Origin: a virus
Virus record (IMG/VR): IMGVR_UViG_3300036823_000324
Coordinates: 1 to 64,000 of that record
Direction: 5' to 3' (one strand)
DNA: 64,000 nucleotides
Shown here piece after piece: positions 7,841 to 17,857 of the stretch. Below the pieces are notes generated by a model. That model ran no database searches. It saw only the letters and a program-made list of their open reading frames with translations, and had not been told where the DNA came from. Position numbers and translations under genes: made by a program. The stretch's first letter is position 1. Every line of letters starts with the position of its first letter.

Positions 7841-8620
7841 TTAGCGCGGGTGTGGTCGAAATCTCAAGATGGTGGAGCCGACATGGTCGGCGGTCATCGG
7901 GATCTCGTAGGTCTCGTCATTGCGGAAGCCGGCCTTGTGCGCCTCCGCCACGAGGTCCGCGGCGCTCATCTCGTGGTAGCGCACGGTCTCGGTCGAGAAG
8001 CGCAGCCAGTCGCGGCGCCGGCGGGTGATGTCGACGACGCCGCGCGGCCCGCCGGCGCGCATCTGGGCGCCTGAGCGCGTGGATGCGATGACCTGGCTGG
8101 CGAAGCGCAGGCCCTGGCGGTCGGGCTTCGGCCGGTGCGCCGGGTGGGCGACGATCGCCTCGCTCAGGTCCTCGTGGATCGAGGCGTAGAAGACCCCGTC
8201 GGCCTTCAACGATTCGGCGACAGCGTGGAAAATCCGCTCGCGGTCGCCCCTCGCGAAGAGCTGCATGAACTGAGCCGGGGCGATGGCGACATCGAAGCGG
8301 CGGATCCCCGCGGCGCCGGAGTGGAGGCTGCGCGCGTCGTCGACGATCGGTCGAAGACGGACGGTCCCGCCGTGGCGCCCGCGCAACTCGTCCATCAGCT
8401 CCGGGTCGCTGTCGACGGCGGTGACGAAGAGGCCCTGATCGAGGAAGAGCTCGGTCAGGCGCCCCGTGCCGGCGCCGAGCTCGAGGACCAGGCTTCCCTC
8501 CTCCCACTTCGCCGCGGTCTCGCGCCAGAAGAGCTCGTCGGGCTGATCGCGGTTTTCGAGGTCGTGGAAGGCGGCGGCTGGTTTTGTTCCAGCTTGGACA
8601 GAAAGGAGCGGCGGGGTCAC
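7841..8620 (-). CDS. Class I SAM-dependent methyltransferase
   Basis: VLELGAGTGRL, VTAVDSD, DARSL, FDVAIAP. Confidence 0.9.
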   Translation of the reverse strand: MTPPLLSVQAGTKPAAAFHDLENRDQPDELFWRETAAKWEEGSLVLELGAGTGRLTELFLDQGLFVTAVDSDPELMDELRGRHGGTVRLRPIVDDARSLHSGAAGIRRFDVAIAPAQFMQLFARGDRERIFHAVAESLKADGVFYASIHEDLSEAIVAHPAHRPKPDRQGLRFASQVIASTRSGAQMRAGGPRGVVDITRRRRDWLRFSTETVRYHEMSAADLVAEAHKAGFRNDETYEIPMTADHVGSTILRFRPHPR

Positions 8621-9996
8621 TGTTTCTTCCTCCTGAAGGGGTCGTTTTTGGCTCTACGAGTACGTTTACGGTTTTGTCCCTTTTTGGACAAAACCTCGCC
8701 CTTCCCCAGCACCCGGTCGGCGAGACGCGGATACGCTTCGAGGTTGTGGGCGAAGACGTCTCCCTTCGTCCACCCGGCCGGCGCCGACACCTTCTCAGGG
8801 TTGAGGGTGAAGAAGGCGGCGCCCGCGGCGGCGACCACGTTCGAGAACATGATCTTCCGGTCTTCGTCGAAGACGCCGAGCAGCTTCGCCGACATCTTCA
8901 TCCGCAGCATCGTCGTCGTCCCGAAGTGCAGCCACCTGACATCGTCGGGGTAGAACTCGCGGGCGCGCCGGTGGTCGCGGATCGCCTCGGGGATCATGCC
9001 GCCGCGGCTGCCGTGGGTCTGCGTCGAGAAGGCGACCAGCTTGCAGCCGGCGCGGGCGACGAAGTCGTAGCACTCCTGGGTGAGCCAGTCGGCCTGGAAA
9101 CCGGGGTGTTGGAAGACGTTGTACTTGAAGCCCGCCGCGCAGGTGTCGAGGTACCAGTCCATGATCCGCGCCACGTTCAGCAGCGCCATCGCGTTCTGGA
9201 GGTCGGGGTAGGTCGAGAACTGCGGCCCGATCATCCCCTCGACGCCTTCCGCCAGCAGCCACGGGAAAAACTCCTCGCGGGCGTCCCAGCACTTCTCGAG
9301 GGCGTCGTCGAGCACCTGGCCGTGGACGAAGACGATCGTGTCGGGCCCGACGCCGAGCCGCTCGCGGAGGTTCAGCCGCGGCCCCGGTTTGCGTTTCTTT
9401 TTCTTCTGGCCCTCCATCACCTGCCAGGCGAAGTCGGCACCCGTGCACACGATGGGCGGCATGTTCTTCAAAGCACCCATCCACGTCCCAACTTTCTTGC
9501 CCGTCTTCTTGTCGACGTCGTCCATGTTGTGCCGGATCACCGGGAACCAGCTGACATCGAACGGGAGCTCGGCCGCGGCGCCGGCCTCGAGGTGCTCGAT
9601 CCGCTCGTCGGGGAAGTCGGGGTTGGCCCACTGGTCGAGGCGGAGGGTGGGGAATTCGCCCTCCGGGCCGATCCACGAGTCGAGCGTCCAGCTGCGCTTC
9701 TGCCCGCAGATCGCGACCGTTTCGGCGCGGGTGCCGCCGCCGCAGATGTCACAGCCGTTGTCGCAGCTGTTCACCACGCAGGCGAAGATCCGGTTGCCCT
9801 TGTTGCGGCAGCCCGGGCAGCTTTCCTCCACATACATCGGGCAGACGTGCTGGTCATCGCCCCATCCGGTTCCGCAGGCGATTTTGTTCTTGAGGGGTGT
9901 CCCCCAGCGGTCCTTGCCGTCGCGGCCGTCGGTGAAGAAGCTGCATTTCTCGACGACCTGGTCGCCTGATCCGAACCTATTACTACGACCCGTCAC
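8617..9996 (-). CDS. Cys-rich N-terminus plus DUF4417-like domain (start uncertain)
   Basis: Nine Cys in the N-terminal region; MIGPQFSTYPDLQNAMALLNVAR resembles the DUF4417 PxFSxY motif; WLHFG. Confidence 0.6.
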   Translation of the reverse strand: MTGRSNRFGSGDQVVEKCSFFTDGRDGKDRWGTPLKNKIACGTGWGDDQHVCPMYVEESCPGCRNKGNRIFACVVNSCDNGCDICGGGTRAETVAICGQKRSWTLDSWIGPEGEFPTLRLDQWANPDFPDERIEHLEAGAAAELPFDVSWFPVIRHNMDDVDKKTGKKVGTWMGALKNMPPIVCTGADFAWQVMEGQKKKKRKPGPRLNLRERLGVGPDTIVFVHGQVLDDALEKCWDAREEFFPWLLAEGVEGMIGPQFSTYPDLQNAMALLNVARIMDWYLDTCAAGFKYNVFQHPGFQADWLTQECYDFVARAGCKLVAFSTQTHGSRGGMIPEAIRDHRRAREFYPDDVRWLHFGTTTMLRMKMSAKLLGVFDEDRKIMFSNVVAAAGAAFFTLNPEKVSAPAGWTKGDVFAHNLEAYPRLADRVLGKGEVLSKKGQNRKRTRRAKNDPFRRKKQ

Positions 9997-10013
9997 GCGA
10001 CTTCCGGCCCGAC

Positions 10014-10238
10014 CTAGAAGTAGGCGAGGACGTCGCCGCCGCGCGCGTAGCCGGCACGGCTGTAGCAGTACCGGCAGAGGGGGCCCTCTGCCGCCTCCGA
10101 TGAGCCTTCCACCACTTCCTCGACCACCAGGTGCCGATTGTGGGGAGCGATCATCACGGCGAGCCGGGTGCAGCCAGGGTCGCGGTGGACCGTCCCGGTC
10201 TTCTTGTAGCGCCAGACGGCGATCTTCGGTTTGGGCAT
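10014..10238 (-). CDS. Small metal-binding protein
   Basis: VHRDPGC..L...LCRYC. Confidence 0.55.
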   Translation of the reverse strand: MPKPKIAVWRYKKTGTVHRDPGCTRLAVMIAPHNRHLVVEEVVEGSSEAAEGPLCRYCYSRAGYARGGDVLAYF

Positions 10239-10651
10239 CAGCCGCTCTCACTGTACGCGGCGGCTCGATCGAGCTCGGCGCCGATCGAACCCAGCCAGTC
10301 GGCGGCCTCTTCGCGGTAGGCCTTCATCAGCGGGTCGCCGGTGATCAGGTCGGTCGCGTCGGCCAGCTGCGCATGGAAGCGGCCGCTGAGCTCGCGTAGG
10401 GGCGTGTGAACGGATTCGTGAGCAGGTCTGTGGGCGGACCTCGCCGGGGTGCTGAACTCCGCTCTGCGGGCATGTGCCAGCTGCAGGGCGATGCTCTCGG
10501 GCACCGGCGGCAGGCCATGGTGGGCCCGGATCTCGGTGCTGATCGCGTGGATCCGCTGCGAGGCGGCGATCGCCCGCTCGAGCGCCGCCTTCGTCATCTT
10601 CGGCATCGGCCGGTTCCGCTCGCGGAAGGCCTTCGAGGTGTATTCGGCCAT
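10238..10651 (-). CDS. Hypothetical protein
   Basis: Coupled gene packing. Confidence 0.55.
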   Translation of the reverse strand: MAEYTSKAFRERNRPMPKMTKAALERAIAASQRIHAISTEIRAHHGLPPVPESIALQLAHARRAEFSTPARSAHRPAHESVHTPLRELSGRFHAQLADATDLITGDPLMKAYREEAADWLGSIGAELDRAAAYSESG

Positions 10652-10652
10652 C

Positions 10653-10928
10653 TCAGGCCGCCGGCGGGAGGGGATCCGGGTCGTCGCGCAGGGTGATCTT
10701 GGCCTCGATCGGCTGCGGGCCGAGCCGGGAGAGCGTCCCGCCGTGGACCGAGGGGATGCGGGTGAACCCGTCCTCGTCGGGCGGCGGGGCGAGGCCCGGG
10801 TGGAACGCCGTCCTGGCGACTTCCCAGGTGTCGTCCTCGGCCTCGACCAGGTCGGAGTCGCGATCGGGGTCGAGCAGCGCAGCCAGCAGGGCCACGATGT
10901 CGTCGTCGAGGTGTAGTCGGAGCGCCAT
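10653..10928 (-). CDS. Hypothetical protein
   Basis: TGATG coupling; MALRLHLDDDIVALL. Confidence 0.5.
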   Translation of the reverse strand: MALRLHLDDDIVALLAALLDPDRDSDLVEAEDDTWEVARTAFHPGLAPPPDEDGFTRIPSVHGGTLSRLGPQPIEAKITLRDDPDPLPPAA

Positions 10929-11131
10929 CAGTCCCACCCGAGGTTCTTGCTGGCGGTGACGTAGGAACCGTTGTCGCGGGCCCGCAGTTCGCCGAGTCGT
11001 TTGACGACGGCGTTGATCACGAGAACGCGCCCATCGTTGTCGGGACTCGGCAAGAAGCGGTTCCACCGGAGGCATTCTTCGACGTTCTCGCAGGCCTCGA
11101 CCTGCTCGACGCTCGGCCAGTCGGTACGCAC
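10928..11131 (-). CDS. Hypothetical protein
   Basis: WPSVEQVE...LRWNRFLPSP; coupled. Confidence 0.6.
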   Translation of the reverse strand: MRTDWPSVEQVEACENVEECLRWNRFLPSPDNDGRVLVINAVVKRLGELRARDNGSYVTASKNLGWD

Positions 11132-11132
11132 G

Positions 11133-11885
11133 TCAGGCCTCCACGGTCTCGATGTCGCGGGCGGCCATCTCGGCGCGCTCCTGCTTCTCGAGCGCCAGCC
11201 GTTCGGCGACGTACTCGGCGCTCCGTTGCGCTTCGTCGCGGATGGTGTCACCGCCCAGATAGCCCCAGCAGGACTCCTCGAACGGCGTCCCCCGGGCGAC
11301 GATGTAGCCGTAGACTTCGCCGCGCAGATACTGGTCGTAGACCTCGACCTCGACCTCGATCGCCTCGGTCAACCGCTCCGACATCGGCTTCTCGGTCGGC
11401 GAGACCTCCCATCTCTCCTCGGTGATGATCGCGAAGCCGCAGAAGCTGGTGTCCCAGCCGGCGCCGTCGCCCGCGAACCGGCCGCGCGAGTCGGTGTCCA
11501 CCCGCTTCAACTCCTGCTCGCCGATCACCGTGATGTCCCCCACCTTGATCGAGAGGATGGAGTGGTCGTGGAGGAACAGCGGGGCGACCGCCAGCGCTTT
11601 CCTCTCGACCAGCCATTCCGACAGGAAAGGATCGACCGTGCCGGTCGCGCCGCATCGGATGCAGTCGTCTTCCTGGTCGCCGACGACGCAGGCGCCATGG
11701 CACGTCGGGCACTCGATTTCCGGGAGGCCGGACTCCTCCAGCTGGTGATCGCCGAGGGTGTAGCCCCGCGAGTAGATGTAGAGCTCGGTGTAGTTGCCGT
11801 CGAATTGGCGCGGGTTCGAGCTTTCCATGTCCTCATCGACCAGGATCTCGATCTCGACGCCTTCGTGTTCGTACATTTCGTTCAC
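11133..11885 (-). CDS. Conserved phage protein with a DnaJ-type Zn finger insertion
   Basis: CPTCHG...CIRCGATG; C-terminal YDQYLRGEVYGY...ESCWGYLG. Confidence 0.7.
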   Translation of the reverse strand: MNEMYEHEGVEIEILVDEDMESSNPRQFDGNYTELYIYSRGYTLGDHQLEESGLPEIECPTCHGACVVGDQEDDCIRCGATGTVDPFLSEWLVERKALAVAPLFLHDHSILSIKVGDITVIGEQELKRVDTDSRGRFAGDGAGWDTSFCGFAIITEERWEVSPTEKPMSERLTEAIEVEVEVYDQYLRGEVYGYIVARGTPFEESCWGYLGGDTIRDEAQRSAEYVAERLALEKQERAEMAARDIETVEA

Positions 11886-11911
11886 GGGTGTCCCCTTTCG
11901 GTTGGTACCTA

Positions 11912-12691
11912 TTACTTTCCGCTGCCCGACGTCTTGCCTCGATGCCGCTTCGGCGTGTATTTGGCAGTGGTGTGTTTCTGTGACCCCCAGCCGGAGGTCT
12001 TGAACTGCTGGATGTCCACGAACCCGCGCCCCTCCTGGCGGATCCCGTCGAGCCAGTCCTCGAGCTCATCCAGGCCCTCATCGGTGCAGAAGGCGTCGAG
12101 CATCACGATGTCGAGTTCGACGATCCGCTCCGGGGCCGCCATGAATTCGACGAGCTCCATCTGGGCCTTCCTGAACCGCTCGGCGGTCTTCAGGCTGTGG
12201 CCGGTCAGCTTCGCCAGCAGCTCCGCCGACGTCGCCTTCAGGCCGATCGTCAGCTGCAGGCGGTCGGCTTCCTGGAGCATCTCTGCCTCGAATCGCTCGA
12301 CCTGGGCCGGCTTCAGGATCGTCCCGTTCGTCTCGATCACGAGGAACGGTTCCTCGTCGCCGTCGGGAAGGGTGCCCTCGGTCTGCTCGACGAACTTCTG
12401 CGCGACCAGGCGCATGTGGCCGTCCCAGTTCAGGGTCGGCTCGCCGCCACTGACCCGCGCCATGCTGACGTGGTTGCGGTCGAGGCCGCGGACGATCCGC
12501 TTCACGACCTCGTCGGAATCGAGCTCGTAGGTCGGATCCTGGCCCTTCCACCCCATCTGGCTCCAGCAGTTGTCGCAGGCCCAGTTGCAGTTCTGCACGT
12601 CGACCGTGAAGCAGCCGCCATAGAACCGCGCCTTGCGGAACCGCTTGTAGGGCGCCAGGTCGGCGCCTTTGTAGTCCCTTGCTCCGGGCAC
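11912..12691 (-). CDS. Radical SAM enzyme (COG5014-like)
   Basis: ARFYGG...NCNWACDNCWS (CxxxCxxC), RVSGGEPTL, VIETNG; GTG start overlaps the upstream TAG. Confidence 0.85.
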   Translation of the reverse strand: MPGARDYKGADLAPYKRFRKARFYGGCFTVDVQNCNWACDNCWSQMGWKGQDPTYELDSDEVVKRIVRGLDRNHVSMARVSGGEPTLNWDGHMRLVAQKFVEQTEGTLPDGDEEPFLVIETNGTILKPAQVERFEAEMLQEADRLQLTIGLKATSAELLAKLTGHSLKTAERFRKAQMELVEFMAAPERIVELDIVMLDAFCTDEGLDELEDWLDGIRQEGRGFVDIQQFKTSGWGSQKHTTAKYTPKRHRGKTSGSGK

Positions 12692-12897
12692 TAGTCGATC
12701 CTCCTCGAGGTCAGCTCGAGACCGTCGAAGACGACCCTCGCGTCTTGCATCCCTTCGTCGGTGTCGACGACGATGTCGAGTGCGTCGGCGCGACGGAGCA
12801 TCGTCGCGATCGCCTCCTGGAACTCCTGCTGGGACGGCTCGGCCCCGCCCTTGTGGTCGACCCACATCTTCACGTCGACCAGCCACCGCGCGGCCAT
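12691..12897 (-). CDS. Hypothetical protein
   Basis: Coupled on both sides. Confidence 0.6.
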   Translation of the reverse strand: MAARWLVDVKMWVDHKGGAEPSQQEFQEAIATMLRRADALDIVVDTDEGMQDARVVFDGLELTSRRID

Positions 12898-13361
12898 CAG
12901 CGCTTACCTCGGTGGAGCATCGCCAGCTCGGTCCTGCCGGCCTTGTCGAGCTCGCGCCTGATGTCGTCGGTGACCTCGTCGTCGGGCGTCCAGAAGTTCT
13001 GGTACCCGCGGTGCGGGATCGGCTCCGCGAAGAGCCTCGCCGCGTCGGGGTCGAGGAGGTAGTGCTGTTCGCCGGGCACCGCCCAGTCGCTCGCCTCGGT
13101 GCCGTACCCGTCGGCGAGCTTCGCGTCGTCGACGACGTCCTCGATCACCGCGACGCCGATGATCGAGGACGTCACCATCGGGTCGGGGAGCTCGAGCTCG
13201 AACTCGTAGACGACCCGTTTCGCCGACTCGACATCGTTCGTCTTCCCCGCGTGCACCAGGAAGGGCCCGCGGTGGCTCGTCGTCCGCGGCCGGTTCTCGA
13301 TGTCCTTGTGGCCGGAGGCCACGAGCCACGCCCACGGCTGCCAGAGCGTTAGTGCCTTCAA
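12897..13361 (-). CDS. ASCH domain protein
   Basis: KALTLWQPWAWLVASGHKDIENR...HRGPFLVHAGK...PIPHRGYQNFW. Confidence 0.92.
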   Translation of the reverse strand: MKALTLWQPWAWLVASGHKDIENRPRTTSHRGPFLVHAGKTNDVESAKRVVYEFELELPDPMVTSSIIGVAVIEDVVDDAKLADGYGTEASDWAVPGEQHYLLDPDAARLFAEPIPHRGYQNFWTPDDEVTDDIRRELDKAGRTELAMLHRGKR

Positions 13362-13384
13362 CTCCGTCTCCTTTCGTCGTCAGA

Positions 13385-13535
13385 ACAAAAGCGGCCCGAG
13401 CGTCCCCACCCATGCGCGGACACCCGGGCCACTCTTCGCCGCACCCTCTGCTGGGTGGCGCGGCGAGGGCTGGCGCCCCGTCGACGGGATCCCAGTCCGA
13501 TCCCGTCGACGCGACACCTCACCACCTCCACTACT
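13385..13535 (-). ncRNA. Three-hairpin leader or small RNA ending in a terminator
   Basis: TAAAAT at 13548-13543; perfect 11-bp hairpin GUCGACGGGAU/AUCCCGUCGAC; second stem; third stem followed by UUUUGUU. Confidence 0.45.
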
Positions 13536-13548
13536 TCCCTCTATTTTA

Positions 13549-16018
13549 CTACACCTCTCCACTACCACCACCCTCGGCCTCGATTCCCTCGATCACCGCG
13601 CGCTCGTCGGCGTGGGCCCTCTCGGCGACCTGCACGAGGTCCTCGCGCGTGACGCCGGCGAGCTCGGCGAGGTAGTCGACGGCGGCGGCGTGCTGCAGCG
13701 ATAGCCGCTCTAGGTCGTAGATCGTCTCGAACGCCGCTTCATGCCTTTCCTCGGGCGTCATGTGGGCCGGGTCGGTCAAGGCGTCCCCCCTTCGCCGGCC
13801 AGGACGCCCCATGCGGTCACCAGGCGGCCATCCGTTTTGACGATGACCCGGTAGGGACCCCCTGCCTCCTCCAGCTCCTCGGCGATCGCCTGGGCGGCGT
13901 TGACCACACTCTGGTCGGCCAATGGCTGGTCGGTGTCTATCTCGATCGCGTAGATCACGGCACCCGTCCTTCCTGGTCATAGGCGCCGCGATCTTCGAGC
14001 GCCAGCATCCGGTCGACGCGCCGGTCGCTCGGGTCGTAGGTGTCGAGTCCCGCGTCCTCGAGGACCTCGGGCGCCAGCCCGACCCGCTCGGCGTCCTCGA
14101 TCAGTTCAGACTCCTCGACCGCGGTCATGGTGAGCCCGGTGACGCCATTGACCTTCAACATCTCCCCGTCGACCAGGCCGCCCCAGCCCTGCCGGCGCAG
14201 GACCCGTAGCGCCTGCTCGGCTTCGTAGCGCGCCCGCTCGGGATCGTCGGCCGGGTCGACGGCCACACCCGCCTCGGCGAGGCCGCCGGTGTCGTCGTTC
14301 AGCCCTTCGGCGGTCCAGACGAGCAGCTTGATCTCGTCGCGGATCTCGTCGGGAGCGCCCATCAGCGGCGCCTCCGATGGTTGTAGGGCCCCCGCGGCCG
14401 CTCGTGCAGCTGCGAGGTCGGCTCCCGCTCCTCGAGGAACCAGCGCTCGTCTTCGGCGACGAGTTCGTCTTCGTCGGCCAGGTCCCAGCCGCCGCAGCCC
14501 TTGTGCTCAGGCGCCTGGGGGGACGGTGCTTCGGTTGGTGACATCGGTGTCTCCTTTCGTTGTCAGCCGGCAGTGCCGAGCAGCTGCATCGCCCGGTGGT
14601 AGTGCTGATCGCCCTTCGCGGCGGCGTAGGCGGCCTCGAAGCTGCGCTGGTAGAGATCCACGTCGCCGCGCCGGACCGCCTCGTCGTAGCACTGGCGCGC
14701 TCGGGCATCGGCGGACGAGAAAGTCGGGGACTGGTTGGCCCGGTCGATCTGCTCGAACACCTCCCGGGTGAGGTCCTCGTCAGTGAGCGCCTCGAGATGC
14801 GCCGCGTAGTTCTGCTCGTCCATCGTGATCTCCTTTCGTTCCCTCCGCCTCCTCGATGTCGGCGGAGATGTCATCGGTGGCGTCCGCCAGGTCGTCGGCG
14901 AACTCGGTGATTCCGTGCTGCATTTCCGCGAGCCGCTCATCGTGAGGCTGCTGCTCGATGCGGAGCGCCGCGCGCCGCAGGGTCTTCTCGGCCGTTTCCA
15001 ATTCCGTGCGGGTCACGCGGCAGAGCAAGGCGAAATGGTGGGGAGTGATCATGGACCCACCTTACGCCGGGACCTATAACCCCCTTTCGTTGCCGACTTC
15101 CCGGAGGTCCTCCTCGGCTCGATCGAGGAGGTTGATCAGGTCCCAGCAGTCGGCGGCGCGGCCGGCGTTCATGCACGCTTCCTGGAGGTGCCCGTGCCGG
15201 CCGGCGATCTCCCGGCAGGCGGCGAACCGTCCCTCCTGCGCATAAAGCAGCAGCTCCTCGGCGTCGTGCTCGCTCTCGAACCGGATCTGCGTGAGCCCGT
15301 CGTGCTCGGCTATTTCGGTCATGACCATAATTGCCTCGGCCATGGTTATAGGTTCACCCGGATCGTGAACCCTGACACCGGCGAGGCGGCCGCGTCCTTC
15401 GGTTCGTCGAGCCATACCCGAGCCTGCGCCGCGACGTTGGCGAGCACGTCGCTCAGCAGATGCCCCTCGGCGTAGGCGATACGGCCGTCACCTTCCGACT
15501 CCTCGGCCAGCACGTCGGGGATCACCTCGTCGAGGTAGACGGGGAAGCACTCGGCCTTGAAGAAATGGCCCGACGCTTCCCGCTGCTCCCGGGCCGCCTT
15601 CCGGGTCGACTCTGCGTCTCGGTGGTCGATGTTCATGGGGTCACCGATCCCCACACGCGATTTGCCTCGAGGACGAGGGCATCGTCGCCCGGTGAGTCGC
15701 CGATCGAGTTGGTCAGGTCGTCGACCAACAGCGCGACGGTCAAGCCGTCGACCGCCTCGTCGGGATAGTCGACCCCGTATTCGGTCAGCCGCTCGAGAAG
15801 CTCGACGGCTTGTGCGTCCTCCATCAGGCGGCCGCCAGCTCGTCCTGTGCCTCGATGTACTCCTCAAGGCCTTCGCAGATCAGGCTCCCCATCGCGCTCC
15901 GCTGCTCGGGCTTCCCCATCGGGAAGCCGTCGATCGCCTCGATGACCTTCGCGCACATGCTGTAGGCCATCTCGGTGCCGATCTCGCCGGCCCGTTCCTC
16001 TGCTGCCTTCGGGTCCAT
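13549..16018 (-). other. Run of about 10 small, acidic, coupled ORFs (13549-13761, 13776-13958, 13955-14362, 14362-14544, 14563-14823, 14780-15052, 15074-15343, 15346-15636, 15633-15824, 15824-16018)
   Basis: ATGA/TGATG overlaps and GAAAGGAG-type RBSs; no recognisable domains. Confidence 0.6.
15059..15080 (-). promoter_or_regulatory. Repeated promoter motif (GTTATAGG-N7-GTAAGGT)
   Basis: Variant of the 22-bp motif; 6 nt before ATG 15052. Confidence 0.55.
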
Positions 16019-16070
16019 GGTGCCCCTTTCGTAGGCCTGTCTCGTCGGTGCGCGGCGGCCAACCCGGCGC

Positions 16071-16097
16071 AGACGCGGGCCCGGAGGCCCGCGTTTC
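16071..16097. terminator. Terminator-like hairpin after the collagen gene
   Basis: acgcgggcc-cgga-ggcccgcgt. Confidence 0.6.
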
Positions 16098-16099
16098 GA

Positions 16100-17206
16100 C
16101 TATTCGGTCGAGATCACCCGAGCGGCGATCTGGCTTTCGCCGATGAACCATTCGCCCGGGGTTTCGTCGAGCCGGAAGGTCGATGTCTTCTCACCGAACC
16201 ACTGGCTGTCCCAGTAGACGGCGCCGCCCGATTCGACGGGGTTCTGCCCGATCGTCGGCGGACCCTCCACCGCGACGTTCAGCGAGTCGAGCGCCGTCGT
16301 GGTGGGCGTGAACCCGACGGCGACGATCGCCTTGTGGGGGATCTTGCCGGTGAGGTCGAACTTCACCGTCTGCGGGAGCCCGTGCTGGCAGTGGCCGTCC
16401 GAGGCCTTGAACGAGGTGCCATCGGGGCAGGTCAGGTCGGTCGTCGGCCGGTAATGCAGATCGAACGTCTGCGTCTCCGTGGCCAGCAGCTGCCCCACCG
16501 CGTTTTCGTAGGTGACTTCGTACACGTTCAACGTCAGGGGCGCGGCGAACGTCGCCGAGGGATCCACGGTGACGCAGGTCGCTTCGCCGCCGCTCTCGCA
16601 CGACCACACCGACATCAGCACTTCGACTTCGGGATCGGTGGTGCCACCTTCCTTGGCGAGGACGATCTGGGAGCCGAACTGCGTCGTCCCCGTGGCCGCA
16701 TAACCGAGGCTGGGCGGGTTGGCGATCCGCGATTCCGGCGTGATGTTGTCGTAGACGAGCGGGTTGGTCGGCGCCGGCGGACCAGGGGGGCCGGCCGGGC
16801 CGGCGGGACCCTGCGGACCGGCGCCGCCCGGGCTGCCGGGAGCACCGGGGTTGCCCTGGGGTCCGGTCGCTCCGGGAGCACCCGGGGCGCCGTTGGCTCC
16901 CTGGGACCCGGTCGCGCCGGGGGAGCCCTGCGGGCCTTCGGGGCCGCTCGTCCCCTGAACGCCCTGTTCGCCCGTGTCGCCCTTCTGGCCGGCCGCTCCG
17001 GGGCTTCCTGGCGTGCCCGGGGACCCCGCGGCCCCTGCGGGCCCCTGCGGGCCACGGGCCACGTGGGCCTTCACGCACTGCCTGCCGCTCCTGTGCTTGC
17101 CGTGCGGGCACTTCTTCGGGTGGTGCTTCTGAGTCGCGACTGCGACTGCGGGGAGGGCGAGGGCGGCGATCGCCGCGACCAGCCAGATCATTAGTTTCCG
17201 TCTCAT
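16100..17206 (-). CDS. Secreted collagen-like protein
   Basis: Signal peptide [24 protein letters not shown]; [16 protein letters not shown]; 31 Gly-X-Y triplets; Cys-containing beta-rich C-terminal domain. Confidence 0.85.
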   Translation of the reverse strand: MRRKLMIWLVAAIAALALPAVAVATQKHHPKKCPHGKHRSGRQCVKAHVARGPQGPAGAAGSPGTPGSPGAAGQKGDTGEQGVQGTSGPEGPQGSPGATGSQGANGAPGAPGATGPQGNPGAPGSPGGAGPQGPAGPAGPPGPPAPTNPLVYDNITPESRIANPPSLGYAATGTTQFGSQIVLAKEGGTTDPEVEVLMSVWSCESGGEATCVTVDPSATFAAPLTLNVYEVTYENAVGQLLATETQTFDLHYRPTTDLTCPDGTSFKASDGHCQHGLPQTVKFDLTGKIPHKAIVAVGFTPTTTALDSLNVAVEGPPTIGQNPVESGGAVYWDSQWFGEKTSTFRLDETPGEWFIGESQIAARVISTE

Positions 17207-17249
17207 GGGTGTGTGTGGTCCTTTCTCGTTTGGTTGGTGTGGAGGAAGA

Positions 17250-17573
17250 TCAGCTGGCCTTGACGCCTGTGTTGGCGGCGAACGCCTCGGCGAGCGCCTC
17301 GGCGAGCTTGTCGATCACGAGATCGAGGCGAGCACCCCCGCAGGCGGTCCACAGGCCGCCTTTCTCGTTCTTGCCGATCACGTCGTGGAGGTCGGGGAAC
17401 GATCCGGTGCTGACGTTGAATTGGAAGATGAAGCTGACGATCGGCTCCATCTGGTCGGGGTAGGCGAACGAGATCCGGCCGGTGTTGGTGTACCGTTGGT
17501 CGACCACCAGCTGGACCTTGAAGTCCTCGGCCATCTCCTGCAGGCGCCCGATGAACTTCTCCTGGGTGTTCAT
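17250..17573 (-). CDS. Hypothetical protein
   Basis: [14 protein letters not shown]; ATGA coupling. Confidence 0.6.
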   Translation of the reverse strand: MNTQEKFIGRLQEMAEDFKVQLVVDQRYTNTGRISFAYPDQMEPIVSFIFQFNVSTGSFPDLHDVIGKNEKGGLWTACGGARLDLVIDKLAEALAEAFAANTGVKAS

Positions 17574-17857
17574 CGGCAGGCCCGGATCCGCGGTTGTACC
17601 GCACGAGCGCCCCGAAGGCGCCGCCGCGGGCGGGAGGTGAATTCGTCCTGGTAGCTGAACCGCGACCCCTGTGGGACCCGGCTCAGCGGCAGCCCATAGT
17701 GCCGTTGCCACCGGTGCTCCTCCTCGAAGAGCTCGCGGCGCGTCTCTTCTTCGTGGTGGCGCCAGGCCTGGATGCCGCGGCACTGCCCGTGGCTGCAGGT
17801 CCACGTGCGTTCCATGTATCGACTGCCGCCGTGGGAGGTGTCATTGCAGAACGTCAT
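17570..17857 (-). CDS. Hypothetical protein
   Basis: Coupled; Cys/His-rich N-terminus. Confidence 0.5.
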   Translation of the reverse strand: MTFCNDTSHGGSRYMERTWTCSHGQCRGIQAWRHHEEETRRELFEEEHRWQRHYGLPLSRVPQGSRFSYQDEFTSRPRRRLRGARAVQPRIRACR

